64,000 bases of DNA from the NCBI GenBank assembly GCA_036480375.1, contig JAZGGI010000016.1, positions 32,682 to 96,681 of the forward strand. The letters are read 5' to 3'. This stretch comes from Candidatus Zixiibacteriota bacterium. Lineage in GTDB: Bacteria > Zixibacteria > MSB-5A5 > GN15 > JAAZOE01. Of the stretch, positions 1-8,952 are shown one piece after another. The notes below the pieces were generated by a model. It made no database searches. It was not told the DNA's origin and saw only the letters and a list, made by a program, of their open reading frames with translations. The position numbers were made by a program, and so were the translations under genes. Every line of letters begins with the position of its first letter. Positions within the stretch are counted from its first letter, which is position 1.

Positions 1-23
1 AATTGCATCATTCCGCACAAGAA

Positions 24-2018
24 TCAGGTTTTCTTGTTGCTGAAATATCTCGCTTTGTGGAATATTATATATGCCAAAATCAAAATCGTTACGATGGAGG
101 TTATTTGGCCAAAGTCACCGGTAACGAAAGATACTTCGGCGTATTGATTGTAAAATTCCCGGAATGAGTCAAATTTATAAATTAAAAAGGCGCTAATGAC
201 TCCGATCAAACTGCCACCTGCCACAAGGCCCGAACTGAGCAATATCCCGCCTTCCTGTCTGGATTTATATATTTTTTTATCTTTTGTTACTTTCTTGATT
301 GTTGCAGCGACTATCCCTCCCAGCATAATCGGCGTCGATAGTGATAGAGGAAGATATAGTCCTATTGCAACTGGCAGAGAATTCACGCCGAGGAGTTCTA
401 TACCCATAGCTATAAATGCACCCACAATAATCGGTGTCCAGGGGATATCTCCGCCAATTACGCCTTTGACAAGGGTAGCCATTACGTTGGCCTGTGGCGC
501 CAATAATGGTTCGGCATGTGTTTCGGATTCAACCCATCCAAATGTCTGGCCAAGCAGGTATAATGTAAAACCCATTGCCAACGCCGGAAAAACTAGTCCA
601 ACAAACTCGGTTAGCTGTTGTTTGCGCGGGGTTGCACCGAGGAGATAGCCCGTTTTCAAATCCTGAGCTATGTCGCCCGACATACACACGGCAATACATA
701 CAACCGTTCCTACCGACATTGCAGTAATCATACCGCCGACTCCGTCAATTCCAAACCAGAGCAAAATCAAGCATGTTATTAAAAGTGTGAATATTGTCAT
801 TCCGGAAACCGGATTAGAAGATGAACCTATTAATCCGACAATTCGAGCTGCGACTACGACAAAGAAAAATCCAAATAAGACCGCGAGCATGGCCCCCAGA
901 AAGTGGAGTTCCGTGCCGGGGAGAAGCCAGATGGCGGTTACTATTAGTATTACTCCAATTAACACGAATGACATTGGTAGGTCGCGGTCGGTGCGAGGGA
1001 TAGATTTCTGGTCAGTAGAATTGCGTTGGAAAATTTGTTTGAACCCGGCAGAAAATGAACTTAATATTGTTGGAATCGACTTAATCAGCGATATTGTCCC
1101 TCCAAATGCAACTGCGCCGACTCCAAGATACTTGATGTAGAAATTCCTTAATTCCCCCGGATTCATGTCTGAAAGCGGGATATTACCGGGAGAGATAATC
1201 ACACCAGGAATTTGATCTCCAATAAACGCTAGAAGAGGTCCGATCCCAAGGTAACCTACGATGGCTCCTGAAAGCATCAGGGCCGCAATGCGAGGTCCAA
1301 TTATATATCCAACTCCAAGCAAAGCTGGGGAAGTGTCCATTCCAATCGTACCACCTTTGAGAAGACCCGTAAAATTATATCCCGGGGATTCACTCCAAAA
1401 TCGTCCGATTACCATTAGAATTTTATAGACAGCTCCCAACCCTAAACCGGTAAAAACCATTTTGGCTTTGGAACCCCCTTCATCTCCAGCGGTAATAATT
1501 TCGGCGCAGGCGGTTCCTTCAGGGAATCTCAGGTTATTATGTTCTTTTTCAACAAGGTATTTTCGCAGCGGAATCATAAGTAGGATTCCTAGAGACCCTC
1601 CCAAAAGAGACATCCAGAATATCTGAGTTTTGCTCACTTCGTGCATATATCCCATTGCGATCATTTCCGAATCGGCAGCCCATATAAAAAAGGCCGGTAT
1701 CGTAAAAGTGATTCCGGCGGCAAGAGATTCACCGGCTGAGCCGATAGTCTGCACAATGTTATTTTCAAGTACGCTGACTCTCTTGAACATAAGCCGTAAA
1801 ATTGCCATCGAAATAACCGCGGCCGGGATCGAGGCCGATACGGTCATGCCAAATTTCAGCGCCAGATAGGCGTTAGCCACGCCAAATAATACTGAAATTA
1901 TGGCCCCCAGAACCAAAGCCTTAATTGTAATTTCAGGAACGATTTGACCGGCTTTGATATACGGTTCGAATTTTTGGTTGGAATTGGTATTTACTGCGGG
2001 ATCGGAATTATTGGCCAC
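24..2018 (-). CDS. OPT-family oligopeptide transporter (polytopic membrane protein)
   Basis: 664-aa ORF, hydrophobic throughout, with an OPT-superfamily-like sequence pattern. GTG start at 2018 is preceded by AAGGAGG (complement of 2021-2029). Confidence 0.8.
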   Translation of the reverse strand: MANNSDPAVNTNSNQKFEPYIKAGQIVPEITIKALVLGAIISVLFGVANAYLALKFGMTVSASIPAAVISMAILRLMFKRVSVLENNIVQTIGSAGESLAAGITFTIPAFFIWAADSEMIAMGYMHEVSKTQIFWMSLLGGSLGILLMIPLRKYLVEKEHNNLRFPEGTACAEIITAGDEGGSKAKMVFTGLGLGAVYKILMVIGRFWSESPGYNFTGLLKGGTIGMDTSPALLGVGYIIGPRIAALMLSGAIVGYLGIGPLLAFIGDQIPGVIISPGNIPLSDMNPGELRNFYIKYLGVGAVAFGGTISLIKSIPTILSSFSAGFKQIFQRNSTDQKSIPRTDRDLPMSFVLIGVILIVTAIWLLPGTELHFLGAMLAVLFGFFFVVVAARIVGLIGSSSNPVSGMTIFTLLITCLILLWFGIDGVGGMITAMSVGTVVCIAVCMSGDIAQDLKTGYLLGATPRKQQLTEFVGLVFPALAMGFTLYLLGQTFGWVESETHAEPLLAPQANVMATLVKGVIGGDIPWTPIIVGAFIAMGIELLGVNSLPVAIGLYLPLSLSTPIMLGGIVAATIKKVTKDKKIYKSRQEGGILLSSGLVAGGSLIGVISAFLIYKFDSFREFYNQYAEVSFVTGDFGQITSIVTILILAYIIFHKARYFSNKKT

Positions 2019-2442
2019 AGCACCTCCTTGTCTTACGGTAAAACCATGAAGCTAATTTTTTCAATATCGCAAGGTACGGTTGCGTATAACGTTAGTCAAG
2101 CGGAAAGAAAAATGAGTCGGGGATGATTAGCTGTTTATTCTATGGTTTTAGAGAATTCAAAATATATTTTTGAATTTATTCTCAGATAACGTGTTGATTA
2201 TGATGCGATTGTAATTGGAAGGGTAGCATGCGATAAGGAGATAATGTTAATGTAATGATAAAGGCAGTCCGTTAATGATTCCGATTTTTATGAAAAAAAT
2301 TGGAACCATCGCATGCCAAATTGAATATATAGTGTGAGGAGGATTTGTTGATATTCCCAGGTCGTTTTAGAAAGTACCTTATGATTTAATAGAAGCTTTG
2401 AGGATTCGCGCCTTTATTCTTCCTGGGTGAGGGAAAAAACAG

Positions 2443-2471
2443 TTGACAAAAAAGTTGGATGTTTTTATATT
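2443..2471 (+). promoter_or_regulatory. sigma70-type promoter upstream of the cohesin-like gene
   Basis: TTGACA (2443-2448), 17-nt spacer, TATATT (2466-2471). Implies a ~140-nt leader before the 2618 start. Confidence 0.4.
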
Positions 2472-2617
2472 GGGTACAAGGAGAGGTGCCCCACCCCTCA
2501 CGTCACTAATCCGTCATAGAGTATAATTTTTAATTGGAAGTGGCTGTATGGCGCACAAGGAGGTTGAAGTGACACCTATAGCCGTAAATCAAACCCTAAG
2601 TATGGAGGGGGTGATGT

Positions 2618-3439
2618 ATGATGAAGCGTAACCTGCTCGTCGCATCCGTCCTTGTCATGTTTTTGATTCCGGCGATGGTTTTTGCCGCTAATGTCGATAA
2701 ACTATCGGCGGCGAAAGCGATTGCAATGGAGGACAATATCCTGGTGGTATCTCTGGAAGTTGGTAATACACAGGAATTGGCCGCTCTTGATATTCCGCTG
2801 GAATTTTCCGATGGCGCTGTGCTTGAAAAAGTAGTATTTACCGATCGTGTTAATGAATTTGAATTCAAGCACGCTTCAATTGACAACGAAAAGAACCAGG
2901 TAATCATTGGTTTACTTTCAATGGTAACCAGGGATGCTCCCGATTTGGCTACCGGTCAGGGTGTAATCGCTGAATTACACTTTAAGCTGGATGTCGGTGT
3001 TGAATCGGTGGAACTCAAACCGTTCGAGTCAGAAAATCCAAATCATTCTCTGACTTATTATTACAATGATTATTCGAGCGGCAGGCCTGAATTAAGGCAA
3101 ATTAAGCCTGAATTGTCATTTGCGACATTGTCATTAACAGGCGGCGGTAATGCGATCCCGACGACCTATGGTCTCAGTCAAAACTGGCCGAATCCGTTTA
3201 ATCCGACCACGAGTTTCAGTATTTCAACACCGAATGCTGGCGATTTGAAATTGTCGGTTTATAATATTCTCGGTCAGCAGGTCAAGGACCTTGCTAATGG
3301 CTATCGCGAAGCCGGTACTTATGATTTCCTCTGGGATGGAACCGATGATAACGGTTCTAAAGTCGCCAGTGGCGTCTATTTTTACCGTGCCAAGATTAAT
3401 GACTTCTCTGAAACAAAGAAAATGGTTCTAACTAAGTAA
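2618..3439 (+). CDS. secreted protein: cohesin-like N-terminal module plus Por/T9SS type-A C-terminal sorting domain
   Basis: GGAGGGGG RBS and signal peptide MMKRNLLVASVLVMFLIPAMVFA. Residues ~24-135 show a cohesin-like strand pattern (VVSLEVGNTQELAALDIPLEFSDGAVLEKVVF ... GQGVIAELHFKLDVG). Residues ~184-273 (NWPNPFNPTTSFSIS...LSVYNILGQQV...SGVYFYRAKI...KKMVLTK) match the T9SS/FlgD-Ig-like tail consensus. Confidence 0.6.
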   Translation: MMKRNLLVASVLVMFLIPAMVFAANVDKLSAAKAIAMEDNILVVSLEVGNTQELAALDIPLEFSDGAVLEKVVFTDRVNEFEFKHASIDNEKNQVIIGLLSMVTRDAPDLATGQGVIAELHFKLDVGVESVELKPFESENPNHSLTYYYNDYSSGRPELRQIKPELSFATLSLTGGGNAIPTTYGLSQNWPNPFNPTTSFSISTPNAGDLKLSVYNILGQQVKDLANGYREAGTYDFLWDGTDDNGSKVASGVYFYRAKINDFSETKKMVLTK

Positions 3440-3493
3440 TCAGCAATTTGTCGGGAGGATCAGGTCGCGAAATCCTTCAAGCTCAAAGCTCAC

Positions 3494-3526
3494 GAGCCTC
3501 ATGCCTGAACATGAGGCTCTTTTTTT
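3494..3526 (+). terminator. intrinsic terminator after the 2618-3439 gene
   Basis: Stem GAGCCTCAT / ATGAGGCTC with an 8-nt loop, followed by T7. Confidence 0.75.
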
Positions 3527-3824
3527 CGCAATGTTTGCGTGTTTCAGTTCTCTTGACAGTAGGTAAATTTATTTGTATCGCATAATCTGCGTTTATCGCC
3601 GGTAAATATTCTAATACTTGCCAAGTTTCCCTTATAAATACTAAGAAAAATTCAAAAACAATTTGCGTAACTAAAATATTTATTTATATTTATAATGTCT
3701 GATATGGGGAGAGTACTGCTAAGATGATGGCTGTTCGTATCGGACATTGGAGAGGAGGGCCCCTGTCATTAATCGGATAGGGGCTCGACAATGATAATTA
3801 AATTTTTTTTGATAGATGAAAATT

Positions 3825-3857
3825 TGAAAAAGCCGGAAGTGAATCCGGCTTTTTTTG
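3825..3857 (-). terminator. intrinsic (bidirectional-looking) terminator after the PP-loop ATPase gene
   Basis: Stem AGCCGGA / TCCGGCT flanked by an A-run and a T-run, immediately downstream of the minus-strand stop at 3862. Confidence 0.7.
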
Positions 3858-3861
3858 ATTC

Positions 3862-4872
3862 TTAAATGCGGATCTTTTTCAGGTATTCATCCGAGGTCGG
3901 TTCTACATCGATGATCTTGAGATTTTCTTCGTTAGTCCAATAAGAGATTTTTATAGATCTTTTGTTTCGATCGCGGCAGTAACGAGCGGTGATAGCCGCC
4001 GCAGCATTAATTATCTCATCGGAGATAGGTCCTTTGACGAGAGTAATCGGTGAACCGGTATCGCGGGCTTCGAATATCCAATCGTTCGGCTTTCTGTATT
4101 TCTCGATTTTGCCGTTTTCTTCTTCATCGCGCCCGACTATTATTTTTATGTTCTCATCTATTCGGAAATGGCGTCCAACACGGAGAAGATTGAGTTCATT
4201 GAAATCAACCAGTTCCTGATGGGAAAAATAATCGCGCAGGCGTTTGGAATAGCTGGGATCGGTTAAAAGGCATCCGGCGGCCGGGCCGGGGTAATCTTCA
4301 AGCCCGTATTTTTCAGCCAGTTCCATTTGTACTTTGCGGGAACGGCCGTTTATGTCCCCTAATTGACCGCGATCTAAAATTCCCAGATGTTCAGGCTCGG
4401 TTTCAGGAAGTAGTTTGGCTGAGAGGGGGCGTACTAATTTATCTCCCAGACCTGATTCCCGCTTAATTAAATTGAGTTGAGGTTTGTGTTGCGACATCGG
4501 TCGTTGTCCGACAACTTCGCCGGTGAAGACAAAATCGGCGCCGACCAATTCCATGAAAGTTTTGGCTTCCCGCAGCATCAGGATGCGACAATCAATACAG
4601 GGATTCATGTTTTTACCGTGGCCGTGTTTGGGATTGCGGACAATATCGACAAACTTATGGCCAAGGTGGACCATTTTTACCTTGAAGCCGAATTTTTCCG
4701 CGGCAGGATAGGGATCTTTTGAGCAGGATGATTTATCGGTAATGTCACAACCGAAGTGATTCATGAATGACAACGCTGTCACTTCGACGTTTTGCTGCAG
4801 AATCATTAAAATAGCGAGGGCTGAGTCCAGTCCTCCGGAAAATAATGCAATGCCGTGACCTTTTTTCTTCAT
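3862..4872 (-). CDS. PP-loop ATPase, ThiI/MnmA-like tRNA sulfurtransferase family (no THUMP domain seen)
   Basis: N-terminal SGGLDS PP-loop (MKKKGHGIALFSGGLDSA) and a CxxC-type motif (NPCIDCR). Start chosen at MKKKG (4872) rather than the ORF-track 4902. Confidence 0.55.
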   Translation of the reverse strand: MKKKGHGIALFSGGLDSALAILMILQQNVEVTALSFMNHFGCDITDKSSCSKDPYPAAEKFGFKVKMVHLGHKFVDIVRNPKHGHGKNMNPCIDCRILMLREAKTFMELVGADFVFTGEVVGQRPMSQHKPQLNLIKRESGLGDKLVRPLSAKLLPETEPEHLGILDRGQLGDINGRSRKVQMELAEKYGLEDYPGPAAGCLLTDPSYSKRLRDYFSHQELVDFNELNLLRVGRHFRIDENIKIIVGRDEEENGKIEKYRKPNDWIFEARDTGSPITLVKGPISDEIINAAAAITARYCRDRNKRSIKISYWTNEENLKIIDVEPTSDEYLKKIRI

Positions 4873-4952
4873 ATTTGCAAACCTCGACGTAAAACATATC
4901 ATAAAAAGTAATCATGTCAACATTTATTGGCAGGTGTTTGGTGAATATTATC

Positions 4953-4981
4953 TTGACAGTACGTCCCGCACCCAATAGTAT
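4953..4981 (+). promoter_or_regulatory. sigma70-type promoter of the mlaEFD operon
   Basis: TTGACA (4953-4958), 17-nt spacer, TAGTAT (4976-4981), ~28 nt before the mlaE start. Confidence 0.45.
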
Positions 4982-5009
4982 ATACCCGTTTGATTGAACG
5001 GATGAAAAT

Positions 5010-5792
5010 ATGATCGGATACCTGTACCGAAGTTTTAAGAGATTTGTCTTTGAATTGGATCAGTTGACCCGGTTTTCGGTCAAGATGGTCTTAAGTTGTT
5101 TTGGCCGGCCGATATATTTTGCCGAAACGATGGAGCAAATGTTTGTCATCGGGGTGGGATCTCTATTCCTGGTTATTCTAACCGGAATTTTTGCCGGCCA
5201 GGCGATGGCATTTCAGTTTTCCATGGAATTGGCTGATTTTGGGTCAAAAAACTATCTGGGGCGAATAATGTCATTGGCAATAGTTCGGGAATTGGGGCCG
5301 ATACTAACCGGATTAATGGTTGCCGCCCGCGTCGCAGCCGGTATTACGGCTGAGATAGGGTCGATGAAATCATCCAATCAGCTCGACGCGCTTCTGGCCT
5401 TCGGGGTCAATCCCATCCGGAAACTGGCGGCGCCGCGTTTGATCGCGCTACTGGTTATGGTTCCGACTTTAACGGTTATTTGTGATTTTATCGCAATCAT
5501 GGGGGGATGGGTAATCGCGATCTTTATCGCTCATATAACTTCAACGACATATATCTCGGCTGTAAATGAAAAGCTTACATTCGGCAATATTTTTATCGGG
5601 ATTGCAAAACCGATTGTGTTCGCGTTGGTAATCGCGTTTATTTCATGCTATAAGGGATTTACGACAACGGGAGGCACCAAGGGTGTGGGGCGTTCAACTA
5701 CCGAGTCGGTTATGATTTCTTCGATATCTATATTAATCGTGAATTTCCTTTTGACCAAATTCATCTTTTCTTACTTAAAGGGATATTTATGA
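5010..5792 (+). CDS. mlaE: MlaE-family ABC transporter permease
   Basis: 260-aa polytopic protein with an MlaE/YrbE-like sequence (ELGPILTGLMVAARVAAGITAEIGSMK). First gene of a three-gene operon. Confidence 0.85.
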   Translation: MIGYLYRSFKRFVFELDQLTRFSVKMVLSCFGRPIYFAETMEQMFVIGVGSLFLVILTGIFAGQAMAFQFSMELADFGSKNYLGRIMSLAIVRELGPILTGLMVAARVAAGITAEIGSMKSSNQLDALLAFGVNPIRKLAAPRLIALLVMVPTLTVICDFIAIMGGWVIAIFIAHITSTTYISAVNEKLTFGNIFIGIAKPIVFALVIAFISCYKGFTTTGGTKGVGRSTTESVMISSISILIVNFLLTKFIFSYLKGYL

Positions 5793-6559
5793 TCCGTCTT
5801 GAGAATGTCAATTTTGGATACAATAGCAAGCAGGTGCTCAACGATGTATCCTTTCATATTAAGCCGGGCGAGAGCCGGATTATAATGGGACCGTCGGGTG
5901 GGGGCAAATCCACACTTTTGCGGTTAATACTTGGATTGGATTGCCCGTGGTCGGGCAAAGTTTACATTGACGGTGAGGATATCTGCGGCCAGCCTCTGAG
6001 CAAACTTCAGGAAATTCGCAAACGTATCGGGATGGTATTTCAGGATGGGGCCTTATTTGATTCCATGACGATTGGTGAGAATGTCGGTTTTTATCTGTTT
6101 GAACATACAAAAATGGACGAAGCGGAAATAGAAAAAAAGGCTCGTGAAATACTTACTTTTGTTGATCTTGACGCGGATGAGATAATCGACAAGCTTCCCG
6201 AGGAATTGTCAGGCGGGATGCGGCGACGGGTAGCTTTAGCTCGAGCGCTGTTATCGACTCAGCCCCGCATTATGCTCTTTGATGAACCGACAACGGGCCT
6301 CGATCCTCAGGCGACACAAAATGTCTTAAACCAAATTCGCAAATTACAGGAAGAAGAAAATATCGCCGTAATAATTGTGACGCACCAGATAGCGGACGCC
6401 CTAAAACTGGCGGACAAGTTTGTCATCATTCAAAAGGGAAAAGTTGTTTTCGATGGTGGATTGGAAGAAATGCGTCAAAGCGAAACGCAGGAGGTGGTTA
6501 GATTTCTGGCACCCTTTAAGAATTCCATGCAGGAAGTCGTGGCCAAACAAGTTATTTAA
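5789..6559 (+). CDS. mlaF: MlaF-family ABC transporter ATP-binding protein
   Basis: Walker A GPSGGGKST, ABC signature LSGGMRRRVALARAL, Walker B MLFDEPTTGLD. ATGA overlap with mlaE. Confidence 0.9.
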   Translation: MIRLENVNFGYNSKQVLNDVSFHIKPGESRIIMGPSGGGKSTLLRLILGLDCPWSGKVYIDGEDICGQPLSKLQEIRKRIGMVFQDGALFDSMTIGENVGFYLFEHTKMDEAEIEKKAREILTFVDLDADEIIDKLPEELSGGMRRRVALARALLSTQPRIMLFDEPTTGLDPQATQNVLNQIRKLQEEENIAVIIVTHQIADALKLADKFVIIQKGKVVFDGGLEEMRQSETQEVVRFLAPFKNSMQEVVAKQVI

Positions 6560-6570
6560 GGATAAGATAT

Positions 6571-7506
6571 ATGAAACGGAGTGGAAAAATAAAATGGGGT
6601 AACCTCCGGGTTGGAATTATAGTCGCTTCGGCGATTGCCGTGATGCTTTATTCATCTTTTCGCGGAGGGGGGACTTCAATCTTTGAGGGAAAGAATACAG
6701 CCATCGCGTATTTTAAAAATGTAAATGGTCTTGTAAAAGGCGCTCCGGTTTGGCTGGCGGGTGTGGAAGTCGGCAATGTTCGCAGCGTGAAGTTCGTCAA
6801 TATCAGTGAAACCAAGCGGATCAAGGCTGTTTTATCGATTAAAAGATCGGTCTGGGAATTTATAACGATGGATACCAAAGTGAGGCTGGGTACTATCGGA
6901 TTTTTGGGAGATAAATACGTTGAGATATTACCCGGTTCAAAGGATTTGCCGGTCATGGAACCGGGCAATGAATTTCCGGTCGATGAGGGAGTCGGCCTTG
7001 ACGCGGTAACAAGCAGGGCGCCTGCTATGGCAAGCTCGATTGATTCATTACTATCTAATATGAAAGAAATTACGGGTATGATCGCCAGGGGCGAGGGTAC
7101 CGCCGGTAAAATAATAAGTGATACAAATCTATATGCCAATCTCGTCAGCGCTCTTGATGACGCTACTGAAATAATGACCACGATTAAGAAAAATCAGCAG
7201 GAAATTATGTCCAGGCTGGAATCAACATTGGAGGGAACCGATAAAATCGCGGCCAGACTCAATTCAGGCGACGGAACGATTGGAAAACTCCTCACCGAGG
7301 AGGAATTGTATAACAATCTGAATCGCTCAAGCGGCAACCTTGATTCAATTTTAGCCAAACTTGACCGGGGCGAGGGTTCGGCCGGAGCTTTACTGAATGA
7401 TGCCGAGCTGTATGAAGAGATCAGGAATCTGGTTGTTAGAATAAATAATCTGATCGCGGATATCGAGGAAAATCCAGGAAAATACTTTAAATTTTCGATA
7501 TTTTGA
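6571..7506 (+). CDS. mlaD: MlaD/MCE-family substrate-binding protein
   Basis: N-terminal TM anchor followed by an MCE domain (VNGLVKGAPVWLAGVEVGNVRSV). Third gene after mlaE and mlaF. Confidence 0.8.
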   Translation: MKRSGKIKWGNLRVGIIVASAIAVMLYSSFRGGGTSIFEGKNTAIAYFKNVNGLVKGAPVWLAGVEVGNVRSVKFVNISETKRIKAVLSIKRSVWEFITMDTKVRLGTIGFLGDKYVEILPGSKDLPVMEPGNEFPVDEGVGLDAVTSRAPAMASSIDSLLSNMKEITGMIARGEGTAGKIISDTNLYANLVSALDDATEIMTTIKKNQQEIMSRLESTLEGTDKIAARLNSGDGTIGKLLTEEELYNNLNRSSGNLDSILAKLDRGEGSAGALLNDAELYEEIRNLVVRINNLIADIEENPGKYFKFSIF

Positions 7507-7533
7507 TTAACGATAATTATTCGATAGCCGTCT

Positions 7534-8718
7534 CTATAGATAATCGTCTTTAATTTTATTCAACAGGGTTTCGAGCATATCTTCCCAAATGTAATTACGG
7601 GCGATATTAACGCCGATTTCCTTTGTGATTTTCTTGTCGCAATTGATTTTTGATTGCAAGGCCCTGTGCCACTTTTTCGGGTCATTGGGTATGATATCTA
7701 TGAATTGCTCAGGGTGATGTTTCAACTCATCAATCGTCGATGAAACCGTGGGCAGTCCGGCCGCGGCGAACTCATAGAATTTGAGGGGATTGACGTAATC
7801 AAAAAATTCATTCACGCGATATGGCATAATACCGACATCAAAACTATTCAGTAGAGACGGAACCAAGTCGTGTGAAAATTCACCGGGGAAATGGACATTT
7901 TTTAATTGTGCTATTCTATTTATGGCCGGAGAAGATTGGATTTTCCCGACAAAAATGAAATTCCATTCAGGCTCTCTTTCGGCAAGCGCATGTATCAATT
8001 TCCAATCGATCCGATCCGAGACCATTCCCGCGTATCCCAGACGAGGGCTTTGAATATTGGAAATTGGATGAAATATTTCCCGGCTTATATCGGACAGATT
8101 CAGAAATGTTTCGCGGTCAATTCCATTTCCCAGCATATATGATTTTTTGTAATTGGGTCCATACGATGCCTGCAATTTACTTGACGTTGTTACCAGCAAA
8201 TTGACATTACGACGCAATTTCTTTTCGAGTTTGATGACCGATTTACTTTGTTCGCCATTGACGTCGGATAAGTAATCATAGAGTTCAAAAACGGAAAAGC
8301 TTTTGTCAAATAGTCTGGCTACGTATCCCTGTTGCGGATAATTGAACCATATCAAGGGATTGGATTCGTCAATATTGAGTCTTTTTTTCAACCGGTAATA
8401 TGATCTTCTAAGAAGGGCAATATTGAAACGTTCGAAGACGGGGACATAATTGGCAATTTGATCATAGATAAAATATTTTGGGGAAAAGCGGTAAAGGTTG
8501 TCGGATAGTCTTTCCAATTTTGCCCGACCGAATAATTCGGAAAATCGGTGACGTTTGGTTAGATAAGTAGAAAAGGGACAGAGGGGTCGATTGACCGCGA
8601 CGACCGTAGAGCCGAGTTTTTTGGCCGATTCAGCCATTGAAATAACCATTTGCCGCCGCATATATAGGGGCCAATCGACGGCCATAAAAAGCAGAATGAT
8701 TTTTGGAAATGCTTTCAT
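7534..8718 (-). CDS. glycosyltransferase (GT-B fold, GT1/GT4-like)
   Basis: The C-terminal half resembles the GT1 nucleotide-sugar binding region (VHFPGEFSHDLVPSLLNSFDVGIMPY...NPLKFYEFAAAGLPTVS). Start placed at MKAFPK (8718). Confidence 0.6.
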   Translation of the reverse strand: MKAFPKIILLFMAVDWPLYMRRQMVISMAESAKKLGSTVVAVNRPLCPFSTYLTKRHRFSELFGRAKLERLSDNLYRFSPKYFIYDQIANYVPVFERFNIALLRRSYYRLKKRLNIDESNPLIWFNYPQQGYVARLFDKSFSVFELYDYLSDVNGEQSKSVIKLEKKLRRNVNLLVTTSSKLQASYGPNYKKSYMLGNGIDRETFLNLSDISREIFHPISNIQSPRLGYAGMVSDRIDWKLIHALAEREPEWNFIFVGKIQSSPAINRIAQLKNVHFPGEFSHDLVPSLLNSFDVGIMPYRVNEFFDYVNPLKFYEFAAAGLPTVSSTIDELKHHPEQFIDIIPNDPKKWHRALQSKINCDKKITKEIGVNIARNYIWEDMLETLLNKIKDDYL

Positions 8719-8952
8719 AATAATTAAATGCCTATACAATCGACAAATATATCGTGATAAAGTAAACACTTCAACCTCAAATACTATAAAATTCTTTAAC
8801 CTGCGGGAAATTTATTTGACAGCATTTCATGTTTCACTGCCCCAGATTATGATTGCCCTAAGGATTAATTCTCATATATTGAAGTATAATATTCCTCACA
8901 TAATTTCTGAGATGACCGCATTTGATTACCGCCGTTTGATATTTGGAGAAAT

